DNA of 64,000 bases, taken from the NCBI RefSeq assembly GCF_020745735.1, contig NC_083424.1, forward strand, positions 49,772,999 through 49,836,998, given 5' to 3'. The stretch comes from Hemiscyllium ocellatum. Lineage: Eukaryota. The translations under genes were made by a program, and so were the position numbers. Numbering within the stretch: position 1 is the stretch's first letter; each line of letters opens with the position of its first letter. Shown piece after piece: positions 1 through 12,129 of this stretch. The notes beneath the pieces are model-generated. The model worked only from the letters and a program-made list of their open reading frames with translations, had not been told where the DNA came from and ran no database searches.

Positions 1-745
1 GATGTACAGCACGGATACAGACCCTTCGGTAGTGAAGGGCTTTTGCCTGAAACATCGATTTTACTGCTCCTCGGATGCTGCCTGAACTGTTGTGCTCTTC
101 CAGCACCACTAATGCAGAATCCAACTCGTCAATGCCGACCAGCTATCCAAAACTAATCTAGTCCCACCTGCTAGGACCTTGCCCATATCCGTCCAAACTC
201 TTCCTATTCAGAAACCCATCCAGACGCCTTTTAAATGTTGCAATTGTACTACCCTCCACCACTTCCTCCTGCAGCTCATTCCATAAACATACCGCCCTCT
301 GCGTGAAAAAGTTGCCCCTAAGGTCTCTTTCATATCTTTCCCCTCTCGCCCTCTAGTTCTGGACTCCCCCACCCCAGGGAAAAGACTTTGTCTATTTATC
401 CTATCCATTCCCTTCATGAGATTATAACCCTCTATGAGGTCACCTCTCAGCCTCCGACGCTCCAGGGAAAACAGCCCCAGTCTATTCAAACTCTGCCTGT
501 AGCTCAAATCCTCCAAACTTGACAACGTCCTTGTAAATCTTTTCTGAACCCTTTCGAGTTTCACATGAAACAACTTTCCGATGGAAAGGAGACCAGAATT
601 GCACGCAATATTCCAAAGTTGGCCTAACCAACGTCCTGTACAGCCGCAACATGACCTCGCAACTCCTGTACTCAATACTCTGACCAAGAAAGGAAAGCAT
701 ACCAAACGCCTTCTCCATTACCCTAACTACCTACGATTCCACTGC
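1..745 (-). mobile_element. 3' fragment of CR1-type LINE (RT C-terminus and 3' UTR), with a short PLE tail inserted at ~31-120
   Basis: ORFs 208..705 and 482..718 contain CR1 ORF2 motifs (YRTLVRPTLEYCVQFWSP, LERVQKRFTR, LGLFSLERRRLRGDLIE). Confidence 0.9.
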
Positions 746-802
746 ATGTTAAAATAGAATTGTGGCACGATTAACAATGACTGCAATTTATGTGGAACAG
801 AA

Positions 803-950
803 CCAATAGGCATGATCTGAACTCCCAATTAACTATGAATAAAGAAGGTAGATGGGGAAATCATTCTGCTGCCAATGCCTGAGGGCTGTTACCACAATGA
901 GGGCGGGGTGAGCAATGTGAGAGATGTAAAGACCTGAAGTCTATTTGCAT
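803..950 (+). promoter_or_regulatory. Candidate promoter/enhancer motif cluster (CCAAT, GC box, octamer)
   Basis: CCAAT 803-807, GGGCGG 901-906, ATTTGCAT 943-950. Homologous unit 2 positions have CCAAT 23292, GGGCGG 23396 and GTTTGCAT 23439. Function is inferred only. Confidence 0.3.
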
Positions 951-2084
951 CTTTCTCGTATCCATTACCTGCCCCTGCAGATAATTCGGCGATGAGTTGC
1001 TGCGGGACTAAGTTGCAGCGCGGTCACTTCACCGACTGTCTCGAGTAAATGAACGCATTCTAAACTGGATGGCAGAGCAGGCACAACCACTTGTGTTTGT
1101 CTCGGCTGGATGCAACATTCTGATTCAAGTCAACCTGCATCACATCAGTGTTGAAAAGACCTGCGATCAGTTTCTAGCCCCAAAACATTTAACACTTTTT
1201 GGAACAAATTAAGCTTTCCCCAAAGCATCTGCTACTTTCTGCAAGTAGGTTATCACTGCCTCATTCGTAAAATGTGTGCACCTGCCGGTCTAACTTCTAG
1301 ACATGCATCTGACGTGTCCTTGGTGTTGGTGAATAATATGAAACTTGTACTACCAAATTTGCAAAGATATCACCCTCTTCTAATGAACCTATGATATAAG
1401 CTTCACTGACACCTTGCTCAGTGTGAGAGAGTAATGGAGATGAGTGACAGGGTTCCAATTATCACAGACTCTCCCTTCTACATTTGAGGTGAACACAAGT
1501 ATTACTACACAGCCATCTCTGCCCTCACTTATAGAGTGCGCCCCCTGCTGCTCCATTTCATGATGCCACGCTTCTTCCTTCAAAACAGTTCTATATCACC
1601 TTTGTGGAAAACCCACGTTTCTGTTCCTTCAACAGCATTACATTATACACACTAAGTAGCTGTCGCTGCTGAATAACTGCCGTCACCAGCTAATATGCCC
1701 ATTGACCCTGTGGACTGCTCAGAGGAGTGCATTTATAATTATTATATATAGCTAATTTTCTTGTTCATACGTAATTTCCTCTTTCAGCTCGTGACATCCT
1801 CCTTGTTAATAGAGTCATACATCACCGAAACAGACCTTTCAGCCGAAACAGTCCATGCTGAATGGAATTCCAAACTAAACTCGCCCCACTTGACTACGTT
1901 CGACTCATATGCCCCAAACCATTACATATTTATTTGCATAAATAAATTTTGTAATTTTTCTTTTAAATTTTGTAATTGTGCCCACATACACCATCTTCTT
2001 TGGAAGTTCATTCCACACTTGAACGACATTCTTGTGTAAAACAGTGATTTCGAGTGTCTTTTTTGAATCTTTATCTACTCAACT

Positions 2085-2935
2085 TTGAAATATACCCATC
2101 AGCAAAGACACGTGCCATTCACCTTTTCTATGCCCCTCATGATTTTATAAACTTCTATAAGGTCACCCGTCAACCTCCTACATACCAATGAAAAAGTCCC
2201 AACCTATCCAGTCTCTTCCTGGAACTCAAACTCTCCATCCCTGACAACATTCTGGTAAATCTCTTTTGAACCCTCTCCAGTTTAATGATAGTATACATAA
2301 AACAGGGCAATCAGAACAGTAGACAGTACGCCAGAAACGGCCTCACCAATGTAGTGCAAGCCTCCACATGATGTCTCTACTCCCATATTCAAAGCTCTGA
2401 AGAATGAAGGCAAACGTCCGAAACGCGTTCTTAACCATCCTGTCTGCATACGATGCACACTTCAACCAATTATGTTCCCGACTCTCCGGTCCCTCTAAAC
2501 TACAACAATACCCAAGGTCCTACTTGTAATTGGAAGTCCTGCCCTTGTTTGCTTTACCAAAATACAATACCTCACATTTATCCAAAATAAAACCCATCTG
2601 TCACTCCTCAGCCCATTGGCCCAATTGATCAAGGTCTCTTTGTAATCATAGATAACGTTCTTCGTGGTCCACTATACTGCCAATGTTGGTATCATCCGCA
2701 AACTTACTAATCATGCCTTTTATGTCCTGATTTAATTCATTCATATAAGTGACAAATGAGAGTCGATCCAGTACCGAACCCTGCAGAACTCCACTTGTAA
2801 CAGGCCTCCACAGCCCGAAAACCAACCCTGCACTCTCACTCTCTGTTTCCTAATGTAAAGCCAGCTTTGTATGAATGAGCAAGCACACCCTGAATCCCAT
2901 GTGATCTGTGCTGCAGAACCTTGTCAAAGGCTTTG
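2085..2935 (-). mobile_element. Old degenerate CR1 fragment shared by units 1 and 2
   Basis: Decayed CR1 RT-like sequence; homologous copy at ~24370-24925 and ~29600-29915, split by younger insertions. Confidence 0.7.
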
Positions 2936-3476
2936 AAAAGTTCAAGTAAACATCTTAACATTGGTTGGTACACCCCAAAATCGCCACTTCGCCCTGTCAG
3001 GTGTGCTAAATCAGGAATGTTTCCCTTGCACCCCTCATCCTCGAAACGCAGATGGGACTTCGTTCTAAGACGTAGGAAAACCGTGGAGGGTTGTGGGTTC
3101 AGTATCTCTGCATTGGGAATTCGCATCCCCATCTGTGTGAATACACTCAAGCAAAGGGCGCGCTGTTGGTTAAAGCGCTGTTGGTCAGGCAATAATAGAA
3201 TCATGTGGGACTATCTCCAGTAACGCTTCAGGTGAAATCACTGGTCCGATTAGAGGTGAAGTGATCTGAAATCAGGTTGGTGTTCCCGGGTTTGGACGAA
3301 CGAGCCGCTCAATTCCTCAATGAAATTCCATGACCACAAATCCCATTTCAGCCCTCCATAAGCCCCAGCCAATCGGAATCTTCTTGGTATTTCGTTTCAG
3401 TTTCCAAAAGATCTGAACGCCACTGGACAGCGCTGGGTTTTGAGAATGGGGTAGTGGCAATTGTTGCTACTCGGGT

Positions 3477-4240
3477 AACATCGGAGGAGCAGGAAAAACG
3501 ATCTTTCGGGTCAGAGAACTTCATCAGGAATGTGGCTGGAAACTTCTGGGTGGGGGGGAATGAGGGAAGGCGGTTGGGAAGAAGGTAGCTGAGAGTGGGA
3601 CAGGTCATGAAAGCTGAGCTGGAAGATTGGAACTGGGGTAAGGTGGGGTGAGGGGGAGTGAGGAAACTGGTGAAGTCCACATTGATATCCTGAGGTTGAA
3701 GGGTCATCAGGCGGAAAATAAGAGCTTCTTCCTCCAGGAGTGGGGTGGTGAGAGAGTGGCAATGGAGGACCTGCATGTACCCGGCAGAGTGGGAGGGGGA
3801 GTTGAAATGTTCGGCCACGGGGTGGTGGAGTTGATTGGTGCGGATGTTCTCTGAAACGCTCTGCGCGAAGGTGTCCACTCTCCCTAACGTAGAGGGGCCT
3901 GCATCGCGAGCAACAGACACAATAAATGACGTGTGGAAGTGCAGGTGAAACTGTCCCACTTGTCAATCTTCCTTTCCACCTATCCGCTGCACCCTCTCCT
4001 CCGATCCATCACCTTCACTCCCATCTCCATTCACCTATTGCACTCTCAGCTGCCTTCACCCCACCCAACACCTCCCATTTATCTCTCCATTCCCGAGGCT
4101 CCCCGCCTCATTCCTAATGAAGGGTTCAGGCCCGAAACGTCGATTTTTCTGCTATTCGGATGCCGCCTGTCCTGCTGTGCATTTCCAGCCAATACACTCT
4201 CAACTCAGATCTCCAGCAACTGCAGACCTCACTGTTTCCC
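3477..4240 (-). mobile_element. 5'-truncated Penelope-like element (GIY-YIG 3' end) with inverted terminal repeat segment
   Basis: 12-bp TSD TGCTACTCGGGT at 3465-3476 and 4241-4252; empty site in units 2 and 3 (~38825, ~56985). ORFs 3348..3959 and 3511..3966 carry VIYCVCCSRC..LY and HPVAEHFNSPSHS. Degenerate hammerhead-like tails at both ends. Confidence 0.85.
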
Positions 4241-5560
4241 TGCTACTCGGGTGCTGATGACCATTTAACGAAGTGATCTGTTTTAAACATCTGGATTCAC
4301 TTCCGATCTTCTTAAGAAAACTCCGCATAAACACTTTCACCCTGCCCCTCTAAAAAGACCGTCTGACAACCGTGCTGGCTGGGCCGTGTGCCTGGTCCGC
4401 CCAATGGAAAGCTACAGCTTATTCAAAAAAGCACTCAACAGGTATTCTGCGCCAGAGAAAAAAAGAATGATAATTAAAATCTTGATGACTGCACATCTTG
4501 CTTTTTATTGCATTTCAGAGAATCGCTCCTGCTATTAAATCATAAACAAATTGAATGATTCTCTCTGCTGGGTGAACAGTTGATAATAAGGCTAGCATTA
4601 TGGTTAAGACGGATCAATTTTATTAAATGAGGTACCATCCACATGAACCTTTAAACTCTCAACTTTTAAGTATGGAATCATTGAATCGTACAGTACAGAA
4701 GACACCATTCGACTCTCTGGCACCTCATTAGGAGTGTGAAGAAAACAGAATATAAATCCATATGCAAACCTTGTCAAAATGCCATAGTGGCACTGCCACA
4801 TTGAACATATTGGCAGGATTGTCTTGGCACTGCGATATTGTCAGAGAATTACAGAATTCCTAGAATGCAACAAGAGGCCAATTGGCTCTTTGAGTTTGTA
4901 CCCGCCTTGCGAAGAGCATCCCACCAAGACTAGATTGGGAAAAGAAAACAGAGGCATGTGTTTGTGAGACATAAAATAACACTTTTCGGAGGAAGAGGAG
5001 GATTCAATACTTTCAAATCCATGCCAATCGCGTTGGCAAGAAAAGAAGCATGAATATACATGGACTAATATTGCTTAATATCGAGAAAGCAAAGACCCAA
5101 AATGCTAGGTAACTCTGATGGAGCTCATTGGCTCAACCATTTAAAATAAGAAAATGCTTCACATTGCTGGAAAAGAATATAACTACCCGATGACATTGCT
5201 TGGATTGGCTAAGCGGCAGTTTGCTCCATGCTGGTTGGACCAGTTCAGCAGGAACTATCCAGAGTGAAGAAGCAGAAAACACAGTGGACAATAAAAGAAA
5301 GTAAACAAAACAATTCGAACATGAAAAACAAATCTGCCTACAACTGATCAAATTGAACGCAACCTCCGTACAGACAACAGCTTGGCCTCATTGCTAAAAT
5401 CAAAAGATCTGTGATAGAGAACTTAGCACATTTTTGCCACGTGAAAATTTGATGTTCGGAATTTTGTGTTCCCTGACGATGTATTTTCACACATAACATT
5501 TGCATCAAGCCGCGATCTTTTGTCCGCCTTCCTTGTGAAGCCTGTGTTGCTCTATCATCT

Positions 5561-5872
5561 AGGAGAAAGTGAGGACTTCAGATGCTGGAGATCAGAGCTG
5601 AAAATGTGTTGCTGGAAAAGCGCAGCAGGTCAGGCAGCATCCAAGGAGCAGGAGAATCGACGTTTCGAGCATGAACCCTTCTTCAGGAATAAGGAAAGTG
5701 TGCCAAGCAGGTTAAGATAAAAGGTAGGGAGGCAAGTCCCTCCTCCCTACTTTTTATCTTAGCCTGCTTGGCACACTTTCCTCATTCCTGAAGAAGGGCT
5801 CATGCCCGAAACGTCGATTCTCCTGCTCCTTGGATGCTGCCTGACCTGCTGCGCTTTTCCAGCAACACATTT
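5561..5872. mobile_element. Fold-back (inverted) pair of PLE terminal repeats
   Basis: ~130-bp inverted arms 5601-5732 and 5742-5874 with a 9-nt loop. 14-bp TSD with one mismatch (TTGCTCTATCATCT 5547-5560, TTGCTCTGTCATCT 5873-5886). Empty site in unit 3 (~63215). Confidence 0.85.
5785..5818 (+). ncRNA. Minimal type I hammerhead ribozyme motif (PLE-associated)
   Basis: CTGAAGA-A-GGGC(TCAT)GCCC-GAAAC-GTC; stem I only 2 bp. Confidence 0.55.
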
Positions 5873-7369
5873 TTGCTCTGTCATCTGTCAAACAATAAGT
5901 GTTTGCTTATAAACAATGTTTCTGCTCGTGCAAGTAAGATGTGAAATGCTTTTGTCGTGAATAAGTGAGTCAGCAAATTGCTCAATTTAATGATTCGAAG
6001 GGTTAAAATTAGGATTAACCCTAACTCAATCCTTTGTCTCAGGTTTTGAAACAGTGAAGCTCGATTATCGGCACATTCGTTTAATTTTGTCACAATTGGA
6101 TCATGGCAAGCGGAACTGTGTACAATATTCTAAGCACGGCTTTACCGATGATTTTTCAGATGGTAAGAGTATCGCATTATTTCTTGCCCAATATTTTTCC
6201 ACTAATGCATAGTAAGTTCTCATTTGCGTTTACGAGCAGCAAATCCATTTATTGTCGAATAGATGGCCGTTCATTCTCTGCACTACTTTTATTGGTTAGT
6301 AATTGGTAGCCCGTTACTCGATTCTTTATCCGACTTTAAATTTACCAATATTGCATTTCATCTGCTAAACAATTACGCAGTCATAAAATACATTTAAATC
6401 ATGCATTTGATTGCTCTGTTTGGCTTTGGAAGCTGGCATTTGGCGTTCAATTGCAATGTTATTTTCGTGCTCCAAATCACAAAGATATTAAATAAAACCT
6501 GTCCACAACAGAACACCGTTGGGCACCCAAAGGGATTTGGTAAGTTCGTTTGACTAGTAAATGGTTTGCCATGCAGCCTGGCATTAATAGCAATGTTTCA
6601 GTTCCTACATCGAATGGCGATTCCATGAAGCTCCCTTCTTCACCCCTTCTTGCGTCGTAGCCTTCAGGTTAAGCAATGACCGAACGTCTCCCTTGAAAGC
6701 TCTCCGAGGACACCATTTTCAAGATTGTGAACCCCGATTCCTTTGTCATGTGAAGCATTTCGTGAGCATTAACAATTTATATGTTGCAATGAAAATATCT
6801 TTTAGTCCTATAAACTGCACTGAATATAGTCAGAATCTGTTCAAAGAGTGAGTCTAGTGAAATTTGATCGGCCCTCTCTGGAGAAAACATGGGCTTCTTT
6901 AAGTATGGAGGCACAGTATGCACACAGTTCTCCAGCTGTGGCATCAATAGTGTCTTTGATAAGTGTGGCAAAACCTCTTTGGTCTAAAACTCAAATTTCT
7001 TGCCAATAAATGCTAACATACCACGTGCCTTCCCAACTGATTGTTGTGCCTGCAAGTAAACGTACTGTCATTCATTTATAAAGACACTCACGGCTCTCTG
7101 AATAGGAAGATCCCAAATTTTTACCATCACTTTTCTCATCAATGTTAATAACAGCACATTTAGTCACAGTACTTTCTCTCTCTCATGTCCTTGCCCAAGC
7201 ATCAAAGCTGCCCATCATCCCGACGTTCTTGAGATCCTAATGATATCATTTCTGAAGTTAGGTTCACAGGCCTGGAATTCCTTATTTCTTTCTTCCACTT
7301 TTCTTAAATATCAGTGTTTTTTTTTACCATCAAATCCTCAGAAACTTAAAAATCTAGGAGATTCTACCA

Positions 7370-7830
7370 ACACACAATTAATGCCTTTCTGTACTTACTG
7401 TTGCCAATTCCCAAAGATGCACGTCAATATGGAGATTTTTCACAAAACTCCTCAACATTTCAAGCAACTCAACTATGTGCTTTCGCAATCTATCCTGCTT
7501 AATACATAATAATCCTGCACTGTCCAATCTGTCTTCATAACTGAAATTCTCCAGCACAGTCATAATCCTGGTAAATCTCTGCACCTTCTCCAGGTTTATC
7601 ATATCTGGCCTGCAACAAGGATTCCACAATGCACACAATACCCTAATATTCTATACAGTGCCAGCATAACATTGCTGCTCTTAAACTCAAAGTCTTAACT
7701 AATAAAGGCAAATATTCCATGTGCCTTCTTAACCACTTTGTTCACCTGTCCTGGCACCTTAAGGAACTGGCATGCATGCACATCAAGGTCATCGGATCCT
7801 TCGTGCTTCCCTATATCGTACCTCTCATCA
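7370..7830 (-). mobile_element. Degenerate CR1 fragment
   Basis: ORF 7378..7638 resembles CR1 ORF2 C-terminus (LEKVQRFTRIM..LENFSYEDRL). Confidence 0.65.
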
Positions 7831-8229
7831 AACTGGAGAAAGGGAAGGAGTGGATAAATGAATTGTTCAATCATTCTTCTCCTTCCTCTATGGAAGCCAG
7901 GAGAGTAGTGCTTGGACTCTTTTTTTTAATATCACCCTATTGATAGCCATAATTTCTGAAAACCCCATCTGTTTCATGAATATCCTTCAAGGAAGAAAAA
8001 CTGCTATCTTCACCTGTCTCCAGACCACAGCAATGTGGTTGCTGTTTAATTTCCCTCTGAAATGGCTTAGTAAGCCATTCAATTATACTAATCTCTACAT
8101 AGTCTCAAAAAAGAACTGGGTGGATCACCTGGATTCCACCTAAGCAATAGAAACAACCCTGTTGACCCTGCAATGGTCTCCTTACTGACATCTGCTGGCC
8201 AGTGCCAAAATTGGGAGAGTTGTCTCACA

Positions 8230-11200
8230 GAATGGTCACGTAACAGCCTGCCATTGCCATACTCATTTAGATGCAACTTCCCAGACACTACCATCACCAT
8301 CCCTGGATATGCCCTGCCCCATCAGCAGGACTGACCAGCAGAGGTGGCAGGACAAGTGGTATGCATTCGGGAGGGAGCTGCGCTGTGAGGCCTCTACATT
8401 GACTCTGCACCCCGAGGATCCTCATGGCTTCAAGTTAAACATGGATAAAAAAAACCTCCTGTTAATTACAATGTCCCATATTTCCTCAGCTGATGAATCG
8501 GTACTCCTCAAAGTTGAAGAATATTTAGAGGTAGCACTGAGGATGGCAAGAGCACAAAATGTACTGTAGGTGGGGCATATCTATGTCGACCACCAACTTT
8601 GGCTCGGCAGCTGTTCTGCAGATCGAGTTGGTCAGGTCCAAAAGGATGTAAATGCCAGATGGGTCTGTGGCAGGTGGTGAGAGAACCAACAAGAGGGAAA
8701 AGCATACCTGACTCTTCCTTACCAATCTCACAGTTGTGGAGATAAAGCCCCAGGTCTCATTTGGCATAACCTCATCGTGTTGTGTGGCACCATCACACAA
8801 ACTGGCTAAAGAACTATAATAGAAACTGAAACACCTGATCAGCGGATCCACACATTCTATACAGTCAACAAGGAATTCTTGGACATCATCAGAAATATAC
8901 ACATAAACAACTATGGTCTCATTCGATGTAATGGCACTGTTCACCTCTATCGACAAAACCCTAGCCAGGGAAACAATAGCCAACCTGCTGCACATACAGA
9001 ACAGACAACAAGACGGGGAATCTATCAATAAAGACTGCATACTCAAACTACTGGACCTGTGCCTCACAACACACTTCACATTCAACAACCAAATATATGA
9101 ACAAATCAACGGCACACCCATGGGCTCACCCATCTCTGGACTCATAGCAGAAGCGGTAATGCAAAGACTAGAACAAATAGTCTTACTGCAAATTCAACCC
9201 AAACTCTGGGTCAGATATGTGAATGACACCTTTGTAATCATTACAAATACAGAAATACACACCGGATCATCAACGCCACACTCGCAGGAATCAGGTTCAC
9301 GAGAGAGGAAGAAAAGGACAACCAACTCCCATTCCTAGACGTGATGGTACAGAGAACACTGAACAGAGAATTCATCACAAAGGTATACAGGAAAGTCACA
9401 CACACAGACCAAGTCCTGAACTACGAAAGCAACCACCCCAACACACACAAAAGAAATTGCATCAAGACACTGTTGAAAGAGGCCACAACACACTGCAGTA
9501 CACCAGAGCTGCAAAAGAAGGAAGAACACCTCTACAATGTATTTGCCAAAAACGGATACCCCCACAATTTCATCAACAGATGCATAAGGGAAAGACAACG
9601 GAATGAGGACATGCCACAACCCACTGTACTAGCCACGTTACATACGTCAAGAACATTTCTGAACTGACAGTCAGACTACTACGACCACTAGGACTCATAA
9701 CAACACAAACCCACAGCCACTTTCAGACAACAACTCACCAGGACAAAAGACCTGATGCCTAGCATGAACAAAACCAACGTAGTATACAAAATCCCGTGCA
9801 AGGACTGCACAAAGCACTACATAGGACAGACAGGAAGACAACTAAGGAGCCATATCCATGAACACCAACTAGCCACGAAACGACACGACCAGCTATCCTG
9901 AGCAGCCACATATGCAGATGACAAGAAACATGAGTTTGACTGGAACAACACTACTATTATAGCACAAGCCATAGAGAGAACAGCCAAGGAATTCCTAGAG
10001 GCATGGCACTCATCCACAGATTCTATCAACAAACACTTCGACTTGGACCCAACATACCGGCCACTGCAGCGGACTGCTGGAACTGACAACCGGAAGCGGC
10101 AGAGACATACCACTATAAATGCCGGAGGAAACAACACAGAAGCGCTTCACAGGAGGCTCCCAAGCACTGAGGATGTCACCTAGACAGGGAACGAAACGTC
10201 TGCAACACAAATTCCCAGCTCGAAGAACAGAACCACAACAACAGCACCCGAGCTACAAATCCTCTCACAAACTTTGAACTCTATCAAATGAACCAGACCG
10301 TGGCATATGTACTAACTCAGTACCGGGCATCCATGAGGCTCTGTGGGCCATCAACAGCAGCAGAACTATACTCCAGCACAATCTGTAACCTCATGTCCTG
10401 ACGTATCACCCACTAATCTAAAGGAACAACCCTAGTTCGATGGAGATTGCAGGAGGGCATACCAGGAGCAGCACTAGGCATAATGTGCCAAACTGGTGAA
10501 GCCAGCAACAGGACTGTTTGCATGCCAAACAGCATAAGCAGCAAGTGATAGAAAGAGATAAGCGGTCCCAAATCAACAGATCACATCTAAGTTCCGCAGT
10601 CCTCCCACATCTAGTCGAGAAAGATGGCAGACAATTAAACAACTCACTGGGGAGCAGGAGGAGGCTCCACAAATATCCCCATGTCAATGATGGAAGAGCC
10701 CAGCATAGAAGTGCGAAAGATAAGGCTGAGGTTTTGCACCAATCTTTAGACAGTGGTCCCCAGCATGGCAGTTACCAGACTTCAGCCAATTTGAATCACT
10801 CCAGGTGATATCAATAAACCGTTGGAGACACTGGATGCTGATAAAGCCCCTGGCCCAGATAACATTCTCGCAATAGTACTGAAGACTCATATTCCAGAGC
10901 TTGCCACCTCCCTCTCGAAACTTTGATAGTAGAGTCACAACACTGACATATACTCGACAATGCAGAAAATTGCCCAAATGTGTCTTGTACATAAAACGCA
11001 GGACAGATCTATCCCGGCCAAATACGCCCTCTCAGTCTATTCTATATCATCAGTAAAGTAATGAAAGGTGTCATCATGGTGTTATCAAGCAGTACCTGCT
11101 GAACAGTAACCTGCTCAGTGATGCCCATTTTAGCTTCTGCCAGGGCCATTCAGCTTCTGACCTCATTACACTATAGGTTCAATCATGGACAGAAGAACTG

Positions 11201-11255
11201 AAATGCAGAGGTGACGTGAGAGTGACAGTCATTGATATCAAGGCTTTGAACCGAG
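8230..11255 (+). mobile_element. Decayed CR1/L2-clade LINE (endonuclease to RT N-terminus), interrupted by a PLE at ~8810-10280
   Basis: APE-like peptide in ORF 8309..8569; LINE-like sequence resumes at ~10290 after the PLE. Confidence 0.55.
8810..10280 (+). mobile_element. Penelope-like element, second family (RT plus GIY-YIG), frameshifted
   Basis: ORF 8913..9338 SFDVMALFTSI, GTPMGSPISG, WVRYVNDTF; ORF 9341..9667 thumb region; YKIPCKDC..YIGQTGR-like GIY-YIG at ~9780-9870; hammerhead-like motif at 10164-10203. Confidence 0.9.
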
Positions 11256-11269
11256 TGTGGCATAAAATT

Positions 11270-11674
11270 ATCCCAATTTAATGATGCTGTTCCAATTACT
11301 TTCAAGAATACATAAAAGACACCTCTTGGCACAAAACGTAAAATCAAGTACAGTCTCTTACACGAGAGAAGTCAGAGAGTACTAGTCTGGACCTGCAACT
11401 TCGAGTCCAGCAGCTTTTTTCACACTATTGTTAAAAAGCTAAACCAAGCCAGAGTTAACTGAGCTGCGAGGACTGGCCTCTCCCCTTTCATTGTACAAGT
11501 TGTTTTTTTAGAACATGAAAGCTTTCTGCCTGAAGCAGTGTCTCTTAGCTATGATCAAATTGACCTTGAAACCATTCAACCACAGACTTTTCCGAGTCGG
11601 TTCTCTTTTATGACCTCTCTAAAAAAAGAAAACTAAGTTCAGCATACCCTTGTTAAAGGAGCAGCATCGTCACA
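11270..11674 (-). mobile_element. LTR remnant orthologous to the right LTR of the unit 2 Gypsy element
   Basis: Aligns to ~45130-45511 and has the same downstream flank (GCAGCATCGTCACA-CAGTAAAATTCTCTTC vs GCAGCATCATCACA-CAGTGAAATTCTCTTC). Confidence 0.8.
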
Positions 11675-12129
11675 CAGTAAAATTCTCTTCAATATTGATT
11701 GCACTATCCTGACCTATAGACAGTCAGTCTTGCAACATATAACTTTTTTCAGAGGGGACACAGCTCTTTAGATTACACATCAGTTTGGCAAAAAAACAAA
11801 CCAATTCATTAGCCTGCTTTCCAAGACAAATATAAACCACCAAGCATCTGGGAACGCAGCTGAATGCCATCAAACAACTTATCTGCTTAGAAAAGGTAAT
11901 CTCATTTGAAGACAGCATAGGCAAGAAAATTAACTACAGGCTTTATAAAGGCAAGTAGCATATTCAGATGACCAATGTAGAGCAATTCAGTCTTAGAATG
12001 CAGACAATCTCAAAGGAAGCTATGATGTAATGATGAACAACATTCTATATTGTTCTGAGCCAAACTCCAACATCATACACACATTGTCCACTATTGCATC
12101 CTCAAGATCTGCCCGCCATAGGAACATAG

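Noticed and set aside
6001-6030. Telomere-like TTAGG/CCCTAA motifs
   Set aside because: Only one or two imperfect units; better explained as a branch-point-like motif or chance.
6043-6162. Protein-coding exon (open phase 1-1 frame FETVKLDYRH... in unit 1)
   Set aside because: Units 2 and 3 carry an extra base that leads to TAA in this frame; no recognisable protein similarity.
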